Positions 10,125-19,590 of a stretch of 64,000 nucleotides of DNA are shown one piece after another. This stretch comes from Candidatus Nanohaloarchaea archaeon. Lineage in GTDB: Archaea; Nanohalarchaeota; Nanosalinia; Nanosalinales; Nanosalinaceae. The notes under the pieces were generated by a model, which was not told the DNA's origin, ran no database searches, and worked only from the letters and a program-made list of their open reading frames with translations. The position numbers and the translations under genes are program-made. The DNA is taken from the NCBI GenBank assembly GCA_041640035.1, contig JBEQBC010000002.1, forward strand, positions 32,001-96,000, in the 5' to 3' direction. Position 1 is the stretch's first letter; each line of letters opens with the position of its first letter.

Positions 10125-11213
10125 TTACTGGTTCCAGTTGTATCTGTTCTCGCCGATGAATGTGAGTATTGATGAAACGAAGATTGCTATGATGTTCGAT
10201 AGCAGGTAGTACATGTCGAAGTAATCGGTCAATAGGTACAGGATGCCTAGCTGTGCTACAATACCTACAGATCTGACAAGGTTGGATACTATCAAACCAT
10301 CTACTATCTGTCTTAGACCTTGCTTTACCGGTGAGAAAGTGAAATGGTTATTCAGGAAGAACATAGCTACGATTGCAGCCTCTATGGAAAGCGCGCCGCT
10401 CAGCATGTAATGTGTACCGGCTACATCGGTTAGAAGGTAGAGGAATACTGTGTTTATTATTGCTCCTGCTGCTCCTATGGTCGCGAACTTGCCGTACTTG
10501 TGTATCTGTTCGGCTCGGTCATCGAAGAATCTGTCCAGGCTCAGGAAGTAAATCTTGTTCATGAAGCTGAGGTATGTCCTGGCCGTTACTTCCGAGCCCT
10601 GTTTTGATCGCCATCTGACAGGTACTTCCTTGATCTTCATATCCTGTTTTCTGGCTTTGTAAAGAAGCTCTAAGTCCCATGGGAAGCCGCCGTCCTCCAG
10701 GGAAATCATCTCCTCTATTTTCTCTTTGTTGAATGCTTTGAAACCGCATTGATGGTCTCGGATTTCTGTTCCGAGTGCTTTGGATGTGAAAAGGTTGAAA
10801 GCCTTGCTTGGGATTTCTCTGTACTTCTTTCTTTTGGTATCGCTTTCTTCAAGATATCTTGAGCCTATTGCCAGGTCGAAGCCGTCTTCTACCGGTTCGA
10901 TAATTTTCTGGAGTTGGTCAGGGGTAGTTGCGTTATCTGCGTCCATGAAGACGACTTTGGAATACTTTGATTCTCTGATTCCTTCTTCTATCGCTCTCCC
11001 TTTTCCGTGTCGTTCATTCTTCTTCAGATGAACTATCTTGGAGTACTTTTCGGCTAGTTCTTCGGCTATATCCTCTGTTCTATCGCTGGAGGGATCTGTT
11101 ACAATTATTAGTTCTGAGTTCTCTCCGAGATACTCCAGTACCTCTTCCGCGGTATCCTGTAGAAATCTTTCCTCGTTCAGAGCCGGTATGATCACTGAGG
11201 TATCCGTTATCAT
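10125..11213 (-). CDS. Dolichol-phosphate glycosyltransferase (GT2) fused to GtrA-type flippase domain
   Basis: SVIIPALNE, GKGRA, FMDAD, IGSRY, DHQCGFKAF motifs; C-terminal four-TM KFATIGAAG domain. Confidence 0.88.
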   Translation of the reverse strand: MITDTSVIIPALNEERFLQDTAEEVLEYLGENSELIIVTDPSSDRTEDIAEELAEKYSKIVHLKKNERHGKGRAIEEGIRESKYSKVVFMDADNATTPDQLQKIIEPVEDGFDLAIGSRYLEESDTKRKKYREIPSKAFNLFTSKALGTEIRDHQCGFKAFNKEKIEEMISLEDGGFPWDLELLYKARKQDMKIKEVPVRWRSKQGSEVTARTYLSFMNKIYFLSLDRFFDDRAEQIHKYGKFATIGAAGAIINTVFLYLLTDVAGTHYMLSGALSIEAAIVAMFFLNNHFTFSPVKQGLRQIVDGLIVSNLVRSVGIVAQLGILYLLTDYFDMYYLLSNIIAIFVSSILTFIGENRYNWNQ

Positions 11214-11875
11214 TCTGTACTATTACCTGTATCTAGTTGGAGATACTCTGTGATATTACTTCTTGACTGAACTCCACGGACTGTTTCATTCTTGTTGATG
11301 ACCAGCGCAGGTGCTTCCTGGATATCGTACTGTTCCTCAAGCAGGTTGATCATGCTGTCGTCTATCCCTCTGTAGACTGAGAAAATCAGTACGTGATCAC
11401 CGTATATCCTCTTGATATCGGAAAGTGTCTGTCCTTGACGCTCACATGCATCACATTCCTCTTCCGTGAAGAACAGGATGGTGTTAGTATCATAGTTTTC
11501 ACATCCCGCTTCTATCTGTTCCGCGAACATCCAGTACTCTATACCTGAAAGAACATAGCTTCTGCGGATGTTGCGGAACTCAGATTCTTGGAAGAAGCTT
11601 CTGTCCTCATAGGACTGCACTCTTTCCAGCCTGTTGTTGTAACCCTCGATTATTTCTGTCAATCCTTGTTGACGCAGTTCACATGAATCTTTATCTTCAA
11701 GATACCTTAGAAGCAACTGTTTGCTCTGAAGATCTGTTGTATCCTCCTGCAGACTGTTCTGTAGTTCTGCCTGGCGCTTGTCATCTACCAGGTTGCTTCC
11801 AAGCACTCCAAGCATGAAGATAAGTGCTGTGAGTATAACTGCGAATAGGTAACGGTATTTCTTTATCTCGCTCAT
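11210..11875 (-). CDS. Membrane-anchored thioredoxin-fold protein
   Basis: N-terminal TM, helical region, FFTEEECDAC CxxC motif and cis-Pro loop EAPALVIN. Confidence 0.7.
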   Translation of the reverse strand: MSEIKKYRYLFAVILTALIFMLGVLGSNLVDDKRQAELQNSLQEDTTDLQSKQLLLRYLEDKDSCELRQQGLTEIIEGYNNRLERVQSYEDRSFFQESEFRNIRRSYVLSGIEYWMFAEQIEAGCENYDTNTILFFTEEECDACERQGQTLSDIKRIYGDHVLIFSVYRGIDDSMINLLEEQYDIQEAPALVINKNETVRGVQSRSNITEYLQLDTGNSTE

Positions 11876-13242
11876 CTCTGATCAACCCTGTATATCGTGT
11901 AATTACACATTGAGGTATTGTCTTTGTAAATAGTTTCGTAACTTGATATATTCTCATTAAATCTTTCGATCTCTTCACCTGCTTCACCGGTCGTATCATA
12001 CCACGCGCAGCTGTTTACACCGTAGTAATCGATTCCTCCCTGATTGTAGATACCGGCTAAGTATCCTTGTGGAAGCGCCTGATAATCGAAGTCGCTGTAC
12101 TGTATCGGACCAGGATTGTTTGTAGCAATTGTGCCGTTCAATCCCTCGAACGCCTGGTAGAACTCTTTCGCATCATCATTCTGGTAGGATGCAGCGGTGT
12201 AGATAGGTACCGCGGATACCAGCATTATCACAATTGCTGCAGCCACAAAAACCTCCTTCCTTAGTTCGAACCGCTCTTCTATCTCCTTCAATCCGTAACC
12301 AGCGGTTATAGCCAAGAAAGGCAGGAAAGCTAAGGCATATCTTACCTCTTTGTGATGGTAGGCCTCAAAGAAGATGAAGAATACTGCTAGAGCTGAAATA
12401 TAAGGATAGAATTCCTCTTCCCGTCTCCTGATTATCCAGTAAACTCCTGGTAGAGCAAGTAGTACGAGCGGGTTAGTTGCAAGTCTTGTCAGGTAGTATG
12501 TACCAAATATAGATGTTGCGTCAGAGGGCGGGACCGAAAGCCCTGAGGTTATCGGTTCCAGAGGATTTCCAAGGTAGAGGTAGTTCATCCCGAAGTAAAT
12601 TCCTAGTAAAGCAGCTACTGGTCCTGCGTAGATAGTCAGTTTCTTGATCATCAGTTTCCAGTTGTTTCTGCTGTTGTAGGCTTCATAAAATCCTATCGCA
12701 GGCGAAATCAGGATTGTTGGGAATCGGGTTAAGAATGCAAGGCCGGAAAGGGTTCCAGAAACCAGTTTCTGATCTTTTTTGTATTTGTTTAGAGATAGTG
12801 TGATTAGTAATGCGGATAGAATTCCTGTCAGTAGTTCTGTAGTATTTGATATGAATACTGGCGATGCTAGGAGAACTGATGAACTGTATAAGGCAGTTCT
12901 GTAGTCGAATATCTGTTTTATCTGCTGGTATATCAGTGCTGAACCTGCTACTGTGAGCAGCATGTGGAGCAGTCTTGAGAACGGTACTAGCGGCAGTCCT
13001 GATTTCCATATGAGACCTGTTATGATTGGTATAAGCGGTGGTCTGAATACTTCCCATAGGCCTACGGTTCCGAAGCTGAATAAATGTTTACCCATAGCAA
13101 CATAGATGGCCGAGTCCCAGACCATCGGTTTATCCCAGACTGAGGAGTATATTGCGAGCTGGATCAGTGTAAAGACTGTGAAGAGTGCTACTGCTTCTCT
13201 CTGCTCATTTACTTTTTCTCTCAGCTGGTTTACCATTCCCAT
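11872..13242 (-). CDS. GT-C fold glycosyltransferase (ArnT/PMT_2, GT39-like)
   Basis: WDSAIY, RPPL, LAFLTRF, KEVRY motifs in a polytopic membrane protein. Confidence 0.82.
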   Translation of the reverse strand: MGMVNQLREKVNEQREAVALFTVFTLIQLAIYSSVWDKPMVWDSAIYVAMGKHLFSFGTVGLWEVFRPPLIPIITGLIWKSGLPLVPFSRLLHMLLTVAGSALIYQQIKQIFDYRTALYSSSVLLASPVFISNTTELLTGILSALLITLSLNKYKKDQKLVSGTLSGLAFLTRFPTILISPAIGFYEAYNSRNNWKLMIKKLTIYAGPVAALLGIYFGMNYLYLGNPLEPITSGLSVPPSDATSIFGTYYLTRLATNPLVLLALPGVYWIIRRREEEFYPYISALAVFFIFFEAYHHKEVRYALAFLPFLAITAGYGLKEIEERFELRKEVFVAAAIVIMLVSAVPIYTAASYQNDDAKEFYQAFEGLNGTIATNNPGPIQYSDFDYQALPQGYLAGIYNQGGIDYYGVNSCAWYDTTGEAGEEIERFNENISSYETIYKDNTSMCNYTIYRVDQR

Positions 13243-14498
13243 TCTACTTCACCTTTCGTCAAGTGATCTTTAATAGAGTCTGTATAGACTATCAGCCAGA
13301 TAGCTCCGACAAACAGGAAGTACCAGAAGATGTAGATCACGATAGGCAATACTCCCTGCTCAAACATGTTCTCATCCGTATGCTGAACCGTCATGTAGTA
13401 CAGTATCAAGGTAAGTGTCAGTAGTGAGAGAAGCAGGAAGACTGAAACCACATCTATACTGATTAAGGACCAGTAAACCGTCTCTATAATATCTGAGACC
13501 GTAAGCATTTCTATCGCACGGATGTAAGCCTCTACACCGATTCTTCTGACCTGGTTAAAGAGGTCAAATATCGGCTTGATCAGATAGTATGATAGTATGA
13601 ATAGTGCTGTTACGGATAGTACGGACTGGGCTATCTTGGTTGGTATACTGAATGTTCCGAAGTCTCCATACTCCCTGTTCAGTATCATATGTTTGTACTT
13701 GACTATGTTCTGCAGAGAGCCTTTGTACCACCGGTATCGCTGGTTGTAGAACTCTTTCACGGTTGCCGGTGCTACAGTGAATACTTCTCCTCTACGGGAG
13801 TGCGATATATTCCAGTCAGCGTTCTGAAGCTTGAAACATATCTCCTGATCCTCTACAAGAGAATTAGGGTCGAACCCTCCTTCCTTCCTGACTGGTTGGG
13901 TTCTGTAGATGCTGAGCGGGCCTGGTGTAACATGTATGGAGTCGATGAAAGCCATGATGTTTCTGAGGAAAATTCCCATAAGGTACTCTGCCCACTGAAG
14001 CTTCTGCAGCAGGTTCTGCGGCTGGTATACTTTCATCGCGGATGCGATTCCGCCTGCGTCTTCTTCAAGTTCTGAAACTATGTATTTGAGAGAATCATCC
14101 TTCAAACGGGAGTCTGCGTCAACGCAACCGAATAGTTCGGTTTCGACCTGTTCAAGTCCGGTGTTGAGTGCTGCGCCTTTACCCTGGTTTTCCTGGTTGA
14201 TCAGTGTGAGTTGATCTGTGTAGGGTTCTACTTTTTCAGCTGTGTTGTCTTCGCTTCCGTCGTTGACTACTATGAGTTCTAGTTTGTCGTCTGGGTATTC
14301 GGCGTCCAGAATTGATTCTATGGTCATCTGGATTGTTTCTTCTTCGTTGTAGGCCGGTATTATCAGTGTGAGTCCTGGCCATTCGTCTCGGAACTCTACC
14401 TCTTTTTTGATGCCGCCGTGCTCTAAGAGTACTATCAGCAGGAAGAATGATATGAAGAGGACTGCTGCATATAGAGCCCAGACGATTAGGGTTAGCAT
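13230..14498 (-). CDS. Processive GT2 glycosyltransferase (cellulose/PNAG synthase-like)
   Basis: IIPAYNE, VNDGS, DAD, VED and QRYRW (D,D,D,QxxRW) motifs with flanking TM helices. Confidence 0.88.
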   Translation of the reverse strand: MLTLIVWALYAAVLFISFFLLIVLLEHGGIKKEVEFRDEWPGLTLIIPAYNEEETIQMTIESILDAEYPDDKLELIVVNDGSEDNTAEKVEPYTDQLTLINQENQGKGAALNTGLEQVETELFGCVDADSRLKDDSLKYIVSELEEDAGGIASAMKVYQPQNLLQKLQWAEYLMGIFLRNIMAFIDSIHVTPGPLSIYRTQPVRKEGGFDPNSLVEDQEICFKLQNADWNISHSRRGEVFTVAPATVKEFYNQRYRWYKGSLQNIVKYKHMILNREYGDFGTFSIPTKIAQSVLSVTALFILSYYLIKPIFDLFNQVRRIGVEAYIRAIEMLTVSDIIETVYWSLISIDVVSVFLLLSLLTLTLILYYMTVQHTDENMFEQGVLPIVIYIFWYFLFVGAIWLIVYTDSIKDHLTKGEVEWEW

Positions 14499-14533
14499 AG
14501 AAAAAGTATTGGAAGGAACAGCCTTTTTTGTTT

Positions 14534-15709
14534 TTATCTATTCTTCATTATCTCATCGAGGAAGACTGTCGCATAACTTCCTTTAGGCAGGTCAAAACGG
14601 ACAGTCATGGCGTTCTTCGTCATATTCAGATCGTCGTCACCTATATCCAGGATCTCGAAGTTCCTGAAATCAGCGAAGGCTCTCCTGTAGCTTCCCTCGC
14701 TCCGAAGCTCTGGGAAGTCTTGAAGCCTGAAATCTTCTTGTGAGATGCCTTCCTCCTCAATAATTTCTTGGATTATCTGTTCAGGCTTGTTGTCCTTCAG
14801 ATCTGTCTTGTAACCTACCAGCGGGATTTCATATTCTTCTTCGTACCAGTCTTCTTCGATGAGTCGGGATAGTGTGCGGTTGAATACCCATGACTGGTAT
14901 GCGTGGATGAATAGCATCTGTAGATCTTCCGGAAGTCTCTTGATAGCGCCTTTGTAGTCTTCCGGGTTCTTGTTCAGGTGGTAGAGAAGTGTTTTCTCGT
15001 ATCTGTAGGTTTCAGGGAATTTTTCGGCTTTGTCTTCCGGGTCACGGGTTTCCCAGAGTTCTTCCCTGACTTTTCGTATGCTTTTGTACTCATCGTCGTA
15101 TGGCTTTGCGATATAGGTCCATACTGCTTCCTCGAATTCTCCTCGTAGAATGTGGCGTCCAACTTGGTGTGTGATAGGTCGTGGGCTTCCGAATCTTTGT
15201 TCTCCGAAGTAGTTCGGGAACTTTGAGCCCAGTTGATCAACGGTTTTCAGGGTTCTATCCCTGATATCCTCGATCTGAAGGTTCAGATCCCTTAGCTTGA
15301 TCTCGAACCGGTTGGCCATCAGGTTGCCGAGCCCGATATACCCGTTCTTTCCGATTACCTCTAGATCGAATTCGTCCGTAAATATCTGGTTGATGTCCTC
15401 GGAGTCAACGCCTTGGATAGAAATATACTGTTCGGTTACTGCGCGTTTGTCTTTGTTACCTGCGTATCCAATCCGGTCTTTGGATATGTGTAGCATGTTG
15501 GAGAGCTTGTTCACAGCCTCCATGGTCGTCATATTCTGTTTTCTGAGTTTTACTATGAGATGTTCTCCTTCTTCGCCTGTATCATGTTTGGCGAGTTCTC
15601 TTACTACGAAATCGTTTACCTGTTCTTTTATACTGCCTTTTATACCTATATTATCGGTATAGTAGGTCCAGTCCATGTTCTTCATTTCAATAGATTCCAT
15701 TTCTTCCAT
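14534..15709 (-). CDS. truD: tRNA pseudouridine(13) synthase
   Basis: GYAGNKDKRAVTEQ, NYFGEQRFG, HAYQS, LPKGSYAT motifs. Confidence 0.95.
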   Translation of the reverse strand: MEEMESIEMKNMDWTYYTDNIGIKGSIKEQVNDFVVRELAKHDTGEEGEHLIVKLRKQNMTTMEAVNKLSNMLHISKDRIGYAGNKDKRAVTEQYISIQGVDSEDINQIFTDEFDLEVIGKNGYIGLGNLMANRFEIKLRDLNLQIEDIRDRTLKTVDQLGSKFPNYFGEQRFGSPRPITHQVGRHILRGEFEEAVWTYIAKPYDDEYKSIRKVREELWETRDPEDKAEKFPETYRYEKTLLYHLNKNPEDYKGAIKRLPEDLQMLFIHAYQSWVFNRTLSRLIEEDWYEEEYEIPLVGYKTDLKDNKPEQIIQEIIEEEGISQEDFRLQDFPELRSEGSYRRAFADFRNFEILDIGDDDLNMTKNAMTVRFDLPKGSYATVFLDEIMKNR

Positions 15710-15736
15710 TATTGATTATACACCTCGTTAAGTCGT

Positions 15737-16084
15737 TTATTTTAGCAACGGTAAGTCACTCGTGATTTTATCGAGTTTTTTCTCTTCTGCAGGTCCGATA
15801 CCCAGTGCGGTTACTGTTCCAGGCTTTACTTCGGTATGTCCTGCGTCTTTCACCTTGAAATAGGTGATGTTCATTTCTTCGGCCTTCTGCATTTTATTTT
15901 TCAGTTCTTCTTCTGAGGCCTCCAGCACTATTTTCTTCTGTCCCTGATTCACCCATGAGTCTTGCTCATCAGAATCTGATTGCTGGTATGCTCCTAGTGA
16001 AGCGTGGCTTCCCTGTGCTACGAGTTTTCCTGTCGACATTTCTAGGTCCTTTCTCAGTAGGATTGCCTGTTTGAAACGCTTCAT
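15737..16084 (-). CDS. pth2: Peptidyl-tRNA hydrolase Pth2
   Basis: KQAILLRKDLEMSTGKLVAQGSHA, DAGHTEV.PG..TALGIGP; start moved to ATG 16084. Confidence 0.95.
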   Translation of the reverse strand: MKRFKQAILLRKDLEMSTGKLVAQGSHASLGAYQQSDSDEQDSWVNQGQKKIVLEASEEELKNKMQKAEEMNITYFKVKDAGHTEVKPGTVTALGIGPAEEKKLDKITSDLPLLK

Positions 16085-16262
16085 ATATATCTTTGTGTCT
16101 CTACGGGTTTTAATCCCTTCCAACTATACAACCGGAAACCAATTTTAAGTACTTTTCGGTGACAACAGTATTGTCCTGAAATGAACTGGCGATAAAGTTC
16201 TCACCTGAGTCCAGTTACCGGTCGAATACCTTGCTGAAAGGGAGCTCAAATCTGATATTAAG

Positions 16263-16336
16263 TGGGTTCGCCCAGATTCGAACTGGGGATCTTCGCCTTG
16301 TAAGGGCGACGTCATAACCAACTAGACCACGAACCC
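16263..16336 (-). tRNA. tRNA-Val(TAC)
   Basis: Cloverleaf GGGTTCG/CGAACCC, anticodon arm TCGCC-CTTACAA-GGCGA, T-loop TTCGAAT; no intron, no encoded CCA. Confidence 0.97.
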
Positions 16337-16405
16337 CTCACTCGTCCGCCTGCGTAACAAATCTGTTGTATGTAAATTCTTAAAACAGGGACGGTACCCA
16401 CTGCT

Positions 16406-18265
16406 CTAGAGATGCTTACCCAGTATAGGGTCGTACACCTCTTCACCCTTCGAAAAGTAAGGGTACCTCACAAGCTTCACATCCGCATTACCTGTTTCTT
16501 CCAGGTCTTCAGGGCTGATATCTTTATCTATCAAGGCTTCCTCATCAACCTTCTTTTCAACCATCTTGTGATCTATAATGCTTTCATCCGCTTCATTATT
16601 CTCATCAACGAAATCTCTCTCCTTAAGTTCATCTATAATCGAGGCGATACGGGAGACCCCGATATCCATCTCATCAACAATCTCCTGCTTGGCTCTTCCG
16701 TCCTTCAGATGGTTGAAGACCAGTTCTTCCTTGCCTGATAGCTTCTCTCTTTCTGCCTTGACTTTGCCATTTACTCCATCAACAAGCTTGATTTCCTTGT
16801 CGGTTTCGACCCAGTAAATAGGATAGTAAGCCTCCTCATATTTCTCTCCCGTCTTGTTTCTGACATCCTGTATGTTCTCCTCCGGTTCAAAGACTTCTAT
16901 GTCTTCTTGAGGCGTGTATGTATCGTTTGTCTGTGTTTCTCCGCCGTGAAGTGATTTCCGGGTTCTTACATCTGTCATCACAGGATATTCATTTCCAAGC
17001 GTGAATGCGACGCCTGGCGGAAGCGAGGTTATCATGTCTTCGATCTCTGATGTGATGCCTTCGAAGCTTTTGGATATGGCTTTCAGGTCGTTGGGATTGG
17101 TCACTCTCAAGATGAACTGTGTATTGGCCTGACTGAGTACATTTTTGTCAATCCTTGCTGGTCTCTGACTTATTACTCCTATTCCTACACCGAATTTTCG
17201 TCCTTCGGATGCGATTTTCCGCATAATCGGGTTTGAAAGTGCCTGTCCGAATCCTTTCTCCGGCACATAGTTGTGTGCCTCTTCTAGTATCATTATGAAC
17301 GGCGGGATCTTGTTCTCCTTTCTCATGTTAAACAGCTTCTGTGCCAGCATGTATACAGTCATTTCAGATGCGTCTGGCTCCACAGCTTTAAGGTTGATGA
17401 CTGATGCCTCTCCAGGTTCAACTAAATCCTCTAGATCAATCGGATCCTGGCTGAAAAGGTTGGTTTCCTCCAGCTGTTCCAGATAATTAAGCAGGTTCCA
17501 TTTTGCGGTTGAATCTTCCTGTGTTACCGCATCTTCGATGTCTATCAGGCTGTAGTCTCCGTCATCTTTCTCTTTCAGTCTTTTGAGCGCGTTGTAAAGT
17601 ACCCCCATCTGTGAGTTGGTCAGAGAGTCCGGTATCAGTGTCTGAAGTTCTTTCTTATCCAGGTTAAGAGACGAGAACTTGAGAGGAATGGCTTCTGTGT
17701 TGATATCTGTGTTTGGAGAGTATTCGGTTACCGGGTAGCTTTCCGGATCGTCGCTGTCCGGGTTTTCCTTTCTGAGCGAGTGGTATTCCCCATGAGGGTC
17801 AACGATAAGTACGGGGAAGTCCTCTTCCAGTAGTTCCTCTATTATGACTCCGGTTAGGTAGCTTTTTCCGGCGCCTGTCTGCGCTAGGACTGCGAAGTGT
17901 TTGTAGAAGTCGTCTGCATTTACATGGATGTCGATCTCAGGATTGGTTTCCAGTGTCCCTATTCTTAGGCCGTCTTCATCCAGTCCAAGTGTGTCGGAGA
18001 TGAGTTCTTGGTCTGCTTGGTAGACGATACTGTCGGGTTCAATTACCTGTCTTGGTGCTTTGGTTAGTCCTTTTTCTCTGTATCCGATGATGTTAGCTTT
18101 AGCTATGGTTTCTCCGTCCGGGTGTTTGGTTACTTCATCGACCTGGCACAGTATCCAGTTATCATTGCTTTTTATCGATACAAAGTCGAATTTCTTTACC
18201 TCCTCAACTGCTCTAAATTCGAAATTAGAGGTGTTCACCTTTCCTTCTACTGTTCCTAGCTGCAT
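16406..18265 (-). CDS. HerA-family ATPase (HAS barrel + FtsK/HerA P-loop) with C-terminal extension containing a winged HTH
   Basis: HFAVLAQTGAGKSY, VDPHGEY, ILEEAHNYVP, SEGRKFGVG, SQRPA motifs. Confidence 0.88.
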   Translation of the reverse strand: MQLGTVEGKVNTSNFEFRAVEEVKKFDFVSIKSNDNWILCQVDEVTKHPDGETIAKANIIGYREKGLTKAPRQVIEPDSIVYQADQELISDTLGLDEDGLRIGTLETNPEIDIHVNADDFYKHFAVLAQTGAGKSYLTGVIIEELLEEDFPVLIVDPHGEYHSLRKENPDSDDPESYPVTEYSPNTDINTEAIPLKFSSLNLDKKELQTLIPDSLTNSQMGVLYNALKRLKEKDDGDYSLIDIEDAVTQEDSTAKWNLLNYLEQLEETNLFSQDPIDLEDLVEPGEASVINLKAVEPDASEMTVYMLAQKLFNMRKENKIPPFIMILEEAHNYVPEKGFGQALSNPIMRKIASEGRKFGVGIGVISQRPARIDKNVLSQANTQFILRVTNPNDLKAISKSFEGITSEIEDMITSLPPGVAFTLGNEYPVMTDVRTRKSLHGGETQTNDTYTPQEDIEVFEPEENIQDVRNKTGEKYEEAYYPIYWVETDKEIKLVDGVNGKVKAEREKLSGKEELVFNHLKDGRAKQEIVDEMDIGVSRIASIIDELKERDFVDENNEADESIIDHKMVEKKVDEEALIDKDISPEDLEETGNADVKLVRYPYFSKGEEVYDPILGKHL

Positions 18266-18374
18266 CTGTATACCTGTTTTGGAGAAGTGAGATTCATAAA
18301 ATAACTGACCTTCTATGAATTGAGGGATGATAGTGGTGTTGGTTTTTTGAAGATTCGCCGTGTATCTTGTTACT

Positions 18375-18824
18375 ATGATTGATCCTCGTGAACTTGAGGG
18401 ATTCGAGAAAGATGTTTTCTTCCTTGGAGTTTCCCTGCTTCTAGCAGTTTCGTTTGTTGCAGCACATAATACTACTGTTTCCGAGGATCAGCCAGAAGTC
18501 GGTCCGATCGAACTTCACTCCGAGTGCATAGGTTTTGATGCAGGTGTCTGCCTGGGAATCGAACATGTAACACATACAGTCGATAATTACTTTGATGAAA
18601 ACTATACTGATCCGGAGCCAGGTACAAGTGAATATTACCAGCGAGTTGAAGCGGAGTTGATGCTTCAGGGCTACGGTGTTTGTAGAGAGAATCAGGATAT
18701 GACTGGTATGGACTGGGTTTCTGAGACCAGTTATGATAACAAGACCGGTGATGAGTGGCTTGAGAACGAGAATATCCAGCTTCTTCCGTGTGAGGATACT
18801 TTCCGTTACACTTTGGAAGATTAA
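18375..18824 (+). CDS. Membrane-anchored Cys-containing extracellular protein (paralogue of 8022-8399)
   Basis: TM helix then CIG....CLG, TGMDW, DEWLEN, IQLLPC; start taken as ATG 18375. Confidence 0.65.
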   Translation: MIDPRELEGFEKDVFFLGVSLLLAVSFVAAHNTTVSEDQPEVGPIELHSECIGFDAGVCLGIEHVTHTVDNYFDENYTDPEPGTSEYYQRVEAELMLQGYGVCRENQDMTGMDWVSETSYDNKTGDEWLENENIQLLPCEDTFRYTLED

Positions 18825-18887
18825 CTGACTGACCGGTTTTAAAAGTTTTCAGAGTCTTCTGGTTAGTTAAGAGGTGCTTAAATTACT

Positions 18888-19370
18888 ATGAGTTATGTTG
18901 AAAGAACTTTTGTAGCTATCAAGCCTGACGCAGTTAAAAGAGGGCTTATCGGAAAAATTACAAGCCGGTTCGAGGAAGCCGGTTTCAAAATCATGGGTAT
19001 GAAGATGGTTCAGGCGACCGATCAGCTGCTTGAACAGCATTACGAAGAGCATGTTGACAAGCCGTTCTACGATGACCTTGCAGATTACATGAAGCAGGGA
19101 CCGGTAGTTGCCATGGTACTGGAAGGAGTACATGCAGCAGAAAACATCCGGAAGATCGTAGGAGATACAAGTGCTCGAGACGCACATCCATCAACAATCA
19201 GAGGTCAGTACGGACACATGTCGATGGATCACGCGGATGAAACAGACACCAAGTACAAGAACCTGGTTCACGCATCCGAACCTGGAGAAGCAGACAGAGA
19301 AATAGAGATCTGGTTTGAGGAAGACGAGCTTCACGACTACGAACACACAGACGAAGAACAGGTAAGATAA
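18888..19370 (+). CDS. ndk: Nucleoside diphosphate kinase
   Basis: ERTFVAIKPDAVKRGLIG, TIRG, NLVHAS catalytic His motif. Confidence 0.97.
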   Translation: MSYVERTFVAIKPDAVKRGLIGKITSRFEEAGFKIMGMKMVQATDQLLEQHYEEHVDKPFYDDLADYMKQGPVVAMVLEGVHAAENIRKIVGDTSARDAHPSTIRGQYGHMSMDHADETDTKYKNLVHASEPGEADREIEIWFEEDELHDYEHTDEEQVR

Positions 19371-19377
19371 CAACACT

Positions 19378-19569
19378 GTGACACGACTTTACCGTTCAGA
19401 ATCCGACAGAATCCTTGGCGGAGTATGTGGAGGGATCGCAGAGATCTATGATTTGGATCCGTCCCTAGTCCGTCTTGTAGCGGCTTTACTTGTCCTTGGA
19501 GCCGGTTCAGGGCTATTGATCTATCTACTGGCCTGGCTGATCATCCCTACCAAAAGCGAAGTTAAGTAA
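19378..19569 (+). CDS. pspC: PspC domain protein
   Basis: LYRS..DRILGGVCGGIAE...DP..VR and YLLAWLIIP signature. Confidence 0.9.
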   Translation: MTRLYRSESDRILGGVCGGIAEIYDLDPSLVRLVAALLVLGAGSGLLIYLLAWLIIPTKSEVK

Positions 19570-19590
19570 AAAGAAGAAGTAGTAGTTTTC

